Shown here piece by piece: positions 59,168 through 64,000 of a DNA stretch of 64,000 nucleotides. Source of the DNA: Clostridia bacterium. Lineage in GTDB: Bacteria; Bacillota; Clostridia; TANB77; CAG-465. Both the position numbers and the translations under genes were made by a program. A model generated the notes under the pieces. That model was not told where the DNA came from. It saw only the letters and a program-made list of their open reading frames with translations, and did not search any database. Positions within the stretch are counted from its first letter, which is position 1. Every line of letters starts with the position of its first letter. The stretch covers positions 1 through 64,000 of the forward strand of contig JAZSNU010000003.1 in the NCBI GenBank assembly GCA_045536565.1. Reading direction: 5' to 3'.

Positions 59168-60478
59168 ATGTTTCAAACATTGAAAGATTTATTCTCACTT
59201 AAAGATTTAAGAAAGAAAATCTTATACACTTTGTTAATAGTAATCCTATTTAGAGTAGGATCATACATAGTTGTTCCAGGAATAAATAAAATTGCATTTA
59301 ATGAAGCAGTTACAGCATCATCAAATGGTATATTTAGTACAATAAATATAATTGCTGGTGGTGCATTCCAAAGATTTTCAATATTTGCAATGACTATTTC
59401 TCCTTATATTACAGCATCAATCGTTTTAAACTTGCTTCAAGTTGTAATTCCAAGTTTAGAAAGATTAGCAAAAGAAGGAGAAACTGGTAAACAACAATTA
59501 ATGAAATATACTAAATATTTAACAATAGCTTTTGCTGTTGTTCAATCAGTAGGATTATATTTCACATATAAAGATTATTTATTAGCACCACTTAAAACTG
59601 GTATTGGTAAACCATTTGGTATGATACTATTTGTAGTATCACTTACTGCTGGTACTTCAATACTTATGTGGCTAGCAGATAAGATTACTGAATATGGAAT
59701 TGGTAATGGTGTATCTGTAATAATCTTTACAGGTATAGTAGCAAGTGCACCAGATGCATTCTTAGCACTTGTTAGATATGCAAGTCTATCAGTTACAAAA
59801 GCTATAATCGTATCAGCTTTGGTAATTGCTATGGTAATTGTAGTAGGTGGAGTTGTACTTGTACAACAAGCTGAAAGAAGAATTCCTGTAAACTATGCAA
59901 AAAGAGTAGTAGGAAGAAAAATGATGGGTGGTCAAAATACTCATATTCCTATTAAAGTTGCAATGGCAGGAGTTATGCCAATAATCTTTGCTATGTCATT
60001 TATGGTACTTCCAAGTACAATAATTGGAATAGCTACAAAAGGTCAAGCAACAGGATTTTGGAAGGTTGTAGCAGAAATTTGTTCTGGTCAATCTGAAAAT
60101 ATCTGGTTTGTACTTATATATGTTGTAATATATACAGCATTAATTATAATGTTCACATTTGTATACACAATGTTTATGGTAAATCCAGTAGAAATGTCAA
60201 ACCAATTAAAGAAAAATGGTGGCTTTATACCTGGTATAAGAGCTGGAAAAAATACAGCAGACTATATTTCAAAGGTATTAAAAAGCGTTACATGGGCTGG
60301 AGGAATATTCTTAGCAGCAGTTGCAATATTACCTGCACTTATCCAATTTGGAATGAAAGGTCTAACAATTGGATTTGGTGGTACATCAGTACTTATCGTA
60401 GTATCTGTTGCACTTGAAATGCTTAAAAATGTTGAAGGTCAAATGGTTAGCAGACATTATAAAGGATTCTTGGAATAA
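59168..60478 (+). CDS. secY: Preprotein translocase subunit SecY
   Basis: I.PYITASI, ITEYGIGNG.S, AGVMP.IFA, FIPGIR.G, GGTS.LI.V.V; ten TM segments. Confidence 0.98.
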   Translation: MFQTLKDLFSLKDLRKKILYTLLIVILFRVGSYIVVPGINKIAFNEAVTASSNGIFSTINIIAGGAFQRFSIFAMTISPYITASIVLNLLQVVIPSLERLAKEGETGKQQLMKYTKYLTIAFAVVQSVGLYFTYKDYLLAPLKTGIGKPFGMILFVVSLTAGTSILMWLADKITEYGIGNGVSVIIFTGIVASAPDAFLALVRYASLSVTKAIIVSALVIAMVIVVGGVVLVQQAERRIPVNYAKRVVGRKMMGGQNTHIPIKVAMAGVMPIIFAMSFMVLPSTIIGIATKGQATGFWKVVAEICSGQSENIWFVLIYVVIYTALIIMFTFVYTMFMVNPVEMSNQLKKNGGFIPGIRAGKNTADYISKVLKSVTWAGGIFLAAVAILPALIQFGMKGLTIGFGGTSVLIVVSVALEMLKNVEGQMVSRHYKGFLE

Positions 60479-60492
60479 GAATAAAATATATA

Positions 60493-60533
60493 AAAAAGAT
60501 TGCTTAGAGTTTAAAACTTTAAGCGATTTTTTT
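60493..60533 (+). terminator. Intrinsic terminator ending the S10-spc operon at secY
   Basis: Stem aaaaaagattgcttagagtt/aactttaagcgattttttt. Confidence 0.7.
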
Positions 60534-60640
60534 ACGGCAAATACGATATTTGCTAAGTTGACATAATGCGGATGACGTGATATAATATTAACGCAGTATT
60601 TTAAAAACTATTATTATAATTAATAAAGGAGAAATAGAGT

Positions 60641-61489
60641 ATGAAATTAGTAAAAAGTAAATTTAGCAAATGGCATTGGCTAGTAGATGATAATGGAAAG
60701 AGAATAACCAAAAAGTTTGTAAAGCATTTGGATTATGAGTATGGCCCAATTAAATGTTTAATGATGGCATATAAGAATGATAGCCAAATTGGTTATCTTG
60801 TTATAACACCTGATCGCTATTTTTATTCGGAAGAAAGACCTTTTATTAACGATGTTAACAAAAAATATTATAGTGTTTCAACAGGCGTTGACGATAAGCA
60901 AATTAACTTAACTTATAATAAAGAAGGGAAGTTAATTGGTGATGATATGTATATTTACCTTTATTTAGAGCAAGAAGGAATGTGTGCGGTTCAAATTAAT
61001 GATAAAAGTGGTTTTACAGATGAAAATTTAAATTGGATAATTGAGCCCAAATTTTTAAGTATAAAAACTTTCTTCCTTCATAATAGAGCTATTGTAGAAA
61101 TAGATAAAGATAAATGTGTTATTATAGACAAAAAAGGTAATTATATAGGAGAGCCTTTTGAATGTCATGAAACAGCATATATTCCCGATATAGAAATGCT
61201 ATTTAAGGTAGGAATCATAACTTCTAAATCAACTAATGGCTATTCATCGAAAGACGAAGATTTATCTGAATATTGGGGTATTATGGACTTAGATGGCAAT
61301 GTAATAATCCCAACCAAATATCATGAAATTGAAAAAACAGGTAATTATTATGTGTTAAAAAGGAACGGAAAATATGGATTAGCTGACAGCGAGGGAAAAA
61401 CTATTTTGGAATGTATATATCCTGAAATTGTAGAGTTGGATGATAAATTCGTTGTATCTGAGATGAAAGTAGTTGAAAAACAAAAATAA
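60641..61489 (+). CDS. WG-repeat protein (no obvious signal peptide)
   Basis: Repeats SGFTDENLNWIIEPKF, YWGIMDLDGNVIIP.KY and KYGLAD.EGK.IL...Y; TTGACA...TATAAT promoter upstream. Confidence 0.75.
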   Translation: MKLVKSKFSKWHWLVDDNGKRITKKFVKHLDYEYGPIKCLMMAYKNDSQIGYLVITPDRYFYSEERPFINDVNKKYYSVSTGVDDKQINLTYNKEGKLIGDDMYIYLYLEQEGMCAVQINDKSGFTDENLNWIIEPKFLSIKTFFLHNRAIVEIDKDKCVIIDKKGNYIGEPFECHETAYIPDIEMLFKVGIITSKSTNGYSSKDEDLSEYWGIMDLDGNVIIPTKYHEIEKTGNYYVLKRNGKYGLADSEGKTILECIYPEIVELDDKFVVSEMKVVEKQK

Positions 61490-61520
61490 TAACTATCATT
61501 ATAAAGGAGATTTTATAAAA

Positions 61521-62117
61521 ATGAAGAAACGCGTTATTGTTATTATGGCATGTATAGTAATTGTCTGTTTGTTGTCTGTAATGTTATTTTCTTTAGGTTC
61601 AAAAGGAGATATTGGTCCATGCACAGAATATAAATGTGATGTGAAAAATTTTCGGTTAGCAACGACAATAGAAATTAGTAAGGATGGTAAATATTTTTCA
61701 GAAGTTGCAGGGAATTTGTTTAAATTTGTTACTGACCCCCTTACAATGACTGATTATGAAGGAAACAAAATGGCTTATGCTGGTGATACATATCACCTTA
61801 TAGCACAAGATTCTCATGCTATTTTTGTGAATGATAAAGTCAGTGTAGAAATGGTAGGTAAAGTTGAGGTTTTCGGAGAAGAATACGATATTTACAACAG
61901 AGATGGCAAAAAAGTAGCAAATGTTAAATTCAACGCTTTAAATACTGATGGTGAAATGTACGATAGTGACGGAAAGTTGATAGCAGATTTTAATTCGAGA
62001 GTAGGCTTTAATGATTTTAATGTTAGAATAACAGAAAATTGTAATTTGGATGAAAAAACTGTTTTGATGATATTCAGTTCGTATTACAGCGACCAAAAGT
62101 ATGATTCTAATAATTAA
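61521..62117 (+). CDS. Membrane-anchored LURP-one/scramblase (tubby C-terminal)-like protein
   Basis: N-terminal TM; repeated beta-hairpins (.D..G...A); C-terminal buried helix (DEKTVLMIFSSYY); ATG at 61521 after AAGGAG. Confidence 0.5.
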   Translation: MKKRVIVIMACIVIVCLLSVMLFSLGSKGDIGPCTEYKCDVKNFRLATTIEISKDGKYFSEVAGNLFKFVTDPLTMTDYEGNKMAYAGDTYHLIAQDSHAIFVNDKVSVEMVGKVEVFGEEYDIYNRDGKKVANVKFNALNTDGEMYDSDGKLIADFNSRVGFNDFNVRITENCNLDEKTVLMIFSSYYSDQKYDSNN

Positions 62118-62301
62118 GTGATTATAACAAAAATGTAGAGAAAGAGGCTTAAATAGCCTCTTTTTTCTGTATATAATACTGTTATTATATATGCCTTGGG
62201 ATGTTAACATAACTTTACAAGGTTGCATATGTATGATATAATTTATGCATAAATTAATAAATACATATTATTTAATAATATATATGAAAGGAGAGAATAT
62301 T

Positions 62302-63369
62302 ATGACTAAAAAGGGATTCATGACAATAGGCTATGGAAACATGGGAGCAAAAGATTTAGTAAGCAGAATAAAAAAGCTTCGGGTAAATTGCATAATTGAT
62401 GTAAGAACACGGCCATATAGCAAATACAATATATCGTTTAACAAAGAAGAATTAAGAGAAAGGTTAAGCGATGCAGGAATATCATACTTTTGGTTCGGCA
62501 ACAAACTTGGTGCAAAATATGATAAGATAAAATATTGTGATGAAAAAGGAAGAGTTGATTATGACAAGGTGGCACAGTCTGAGACATTTATTGAAGGTGT
62601 AAAAGAACTTGAAAAAATGATAACGAGATATAATGTGTGTGTGTTAGATTCACGGCAAGATCCTCTTAAAAGTCATCGCTTTTTACTTATATCTCGTTAT
62701 ATGAAAAAATATAACATATATCATATAATGCCAGATGGTTCTCTTGTTAAAAACGAGGAACTTGAAAGACAAATGTTAGATTTGTATGGTAATTTAAATC
62801 AAATAACTATGCTAGATAATCAAAGTCTGGAAAGTATATTAGACAAAGTATATAGGGAACAAAGTATCAAATCTGCATATGTAAGTGAAAAAGTAATAAC
62901 TTTGTTATCACAAGGTATTAAAGAAGATGCTGTTCCTAAGGCAAAGGTATATTGTATTGGCACTAAAAGTAAATCTGCTGAAACATTTTTTGAACTACTT
63001 AAAAAGCACAAGGTTAAAAAAGTGGTTGATGTAAGAGACCATATGGTTATGAAAAAAGTGGCTTTTGCAAAACCAGAAGATATATCATACTACTTAAAAC
63101 TTAATGGTATAGAATATGAGAAATATAAAGACCTTATACCTTCATCGCGAGCTTTGTGTGTAAGGGAGTTTCACTCTTTTGCTAGATATCTCAGAATATA
63201 TGAAGAAGAAATATCGGGAAGCAATTCCATACTTTCCTTGATATCTGATGGACTTGAAGGGGTATGTTTATTAGGATATGAGGAAGATTACAAAAAATGC
63301 CATAGAAACACATTAATAAACCAGTTAAAGAAAATTAATCCAAATATTACAGTAAGACATTTAAAGTGA
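62302..63369 (+). CDS. Tandem DUF488-domain protein
   Basis: Two copies of (T/C)IG...DVR......Y...: TIGYG/IDVRTRPYS/DPLKSHR and CIGT/VDVRD/YEEDYKKCHR; ATG at 62302 after AAGGAG. Confidence 0.75.
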   Translation: MTKKGFMTIGYGNMGAKDLVSRIKKLRVNCIIDVRTRPYSKYNISFNKEELRERLSDAGISYFWFGNKLGAKYDKIKYCDEKGRVDYDKVAQSETFIEGVKELEKMITRYNVCVLDSRQDPLKSHRFLLISRYMKKYNIYHIMPDGSLVKNEELERQMLDLYGNLNQITMLDNQSLESILDKVYREQSIKSAYVSEKVITLLSQGIKEDAVPKAKVYCIGTKSKSAETFFELLKKHKVKKVVDVRDHMVMKKVAFAKPEDISYYLKLNGIEYEKYKDLIPSSRALCVREFHSFARYLRIYEEEISGSNSILSLISDGLEGVCLLGYEEDYKKCHRNTLINQLKKINPNITVRHLK

Positions 63370-63379
63370 GGAGATTGTT

Positions 63380-63946
63380 ATGATAAAAAGTATAAGCATA
63401 TTGTTAGAGGTGATTCCGAAGTATGGTGAGATACTAATTGGTGTTGGGTGTGTTTTGTTACAAGAAAATAGTGATATTCTTCAAAACATAGAAGCAAGAA
63501 GAGAACTTAAAGACTTTTTGATAGAAGACGCACCTAAATATAAAACGCTGATGGGACTATCCATGTCTTCTGAATTTCAACGGATTATGTATAAGTATAC
63601 CCGGAAAATGGTAGGAATTGGTGCAGTAACAGGAGATATGTATAAAGATAAAACTGTAAACATATTACTATTGGATTTATTCATTACTACTTTATGGCCA
63701 ACAATTGTGGAAAGATATATTGATAATATTTGTCAGGGAGTAGATACAGTTATAATACCAATTAAAATTAAAAAGAGTGAATATGAAGCAATATATGGCA
63801 ATGATACTAACTTAGTTTTTTCAGAACTCAAAGAGTTTTTTCTGTGCAATGCTATGGTCATTTCAAAATCTGTTATTGAAGCAAACAAAGATATGTCACT
63901 TGATTTAATGATTCCAATGTCACCACACCGTAAGGTTAGTTTTTAA
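63380..63946 (+). CDS. Hypothetical protein co-transcribed with the DUF488 gene
   Basis: 188-aa ORF with GAGGAG RBS, 10 nt after the upstream stop. Confidence 0.65.
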   Translation: MIKSISILLEVIPKYGEILIGVGCVLLQENSDILQNIEARRELKDFLIEDAPKYKTLMGLSMSSEFQRIMYKYTRKMVGIGAVTGDMYKDKTVNILLLDLFITTLWPTIVERYIDNICQGVDTVIIPIKIKKSEYEAIYGNDTNLVFSELKEFFLCNAMVISKSVIEANKDMSLDLMIPMSPHRKVSF

Positions 63947-63953
63947 AACTACA

Positions 63954-63990
63954 AAGTAAAGATGATAAAAATATCATCTTTACTTTTTTT
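63954..63990 (+). terminator. Intrinsic terminator
   Basis: Stem aaagtaaagatgat/atcatctttacttt followed by a T-tract. Confidence 0.8.
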
Positions 63991-64000
63991 GCCATTTATG

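Noticed and set aside
276-63011. Numerous short antisense or overlapping ORFs in the six-frame track (e.g. 11492-12223, 42533-43162, 43345-43710, 45619-46011, 52391-52825)
   Set aside because: They are shadows of well-supported genes on the opposite strand, with no RBS and with composition dictated by the sense codons.
25360-63610. Genome-wide recoding or obligatory frameshifting at CGG, or TGA read-through
   Set aside because: CGG occurs in frame without disruption in the kinase, DUF488 and last ORFs, and TGA ends genes at sensible positions. Only the Fic gene is split at a CGG.
1-64000. CRISPR array, tRNA, rRNA, transposase or integrase
   Set aside because: No regularly spaced direct repeats, cloverleaf or rRNA-like segments, or DDE/tyrosine/serine recombinase motifs were seen by eye.

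Overview
This window is a very AT-rich chromosomal segment from a spore-forming, Clostridia-like Firmicute (inferred from yabG, sepF/divIVA, the Zn-type S14 and strong SD and sigma-A signals). Core genes include cvpA, LCP, a D,D-carboxypeptidase, comEA, prfA, an acyl-CoA ligase, mutS-mutL-miaA, sepF-divIVA, valS, yabG, rpsT, tmk-thyA-folA and the S10-spc cluster through secY. That cluster lacks rpmD and is not followed by adk. The main accessory elements are: (1) a retron-like reverse transcriptase with no room for an upstream ncRNA, followed downstream by two tandem structured non-coding units (the second with its own promoter) that carry a short mutual complementarity, and preceded by four paralogous mini-genes and a frameshifted Fic gene; (2) a secreted, probably sortase-anchored protein whose mature N-terminus is about 63% identical to eukaryotic ubiquitin; (3) an expanded TelA/TerY-P-type locus (PP2C, two vWA proteins, a ~1600-aa multi-module kinase); (4) an orphan VirD4 coupling protein in its own operon; (5) a solitary PemK/MazF-like gene bracketed by inverted repeats. 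No rRNA, tRNA, CRISPR array or transposase was recognised. All calls come from reading motifs by eye; no database search was run.
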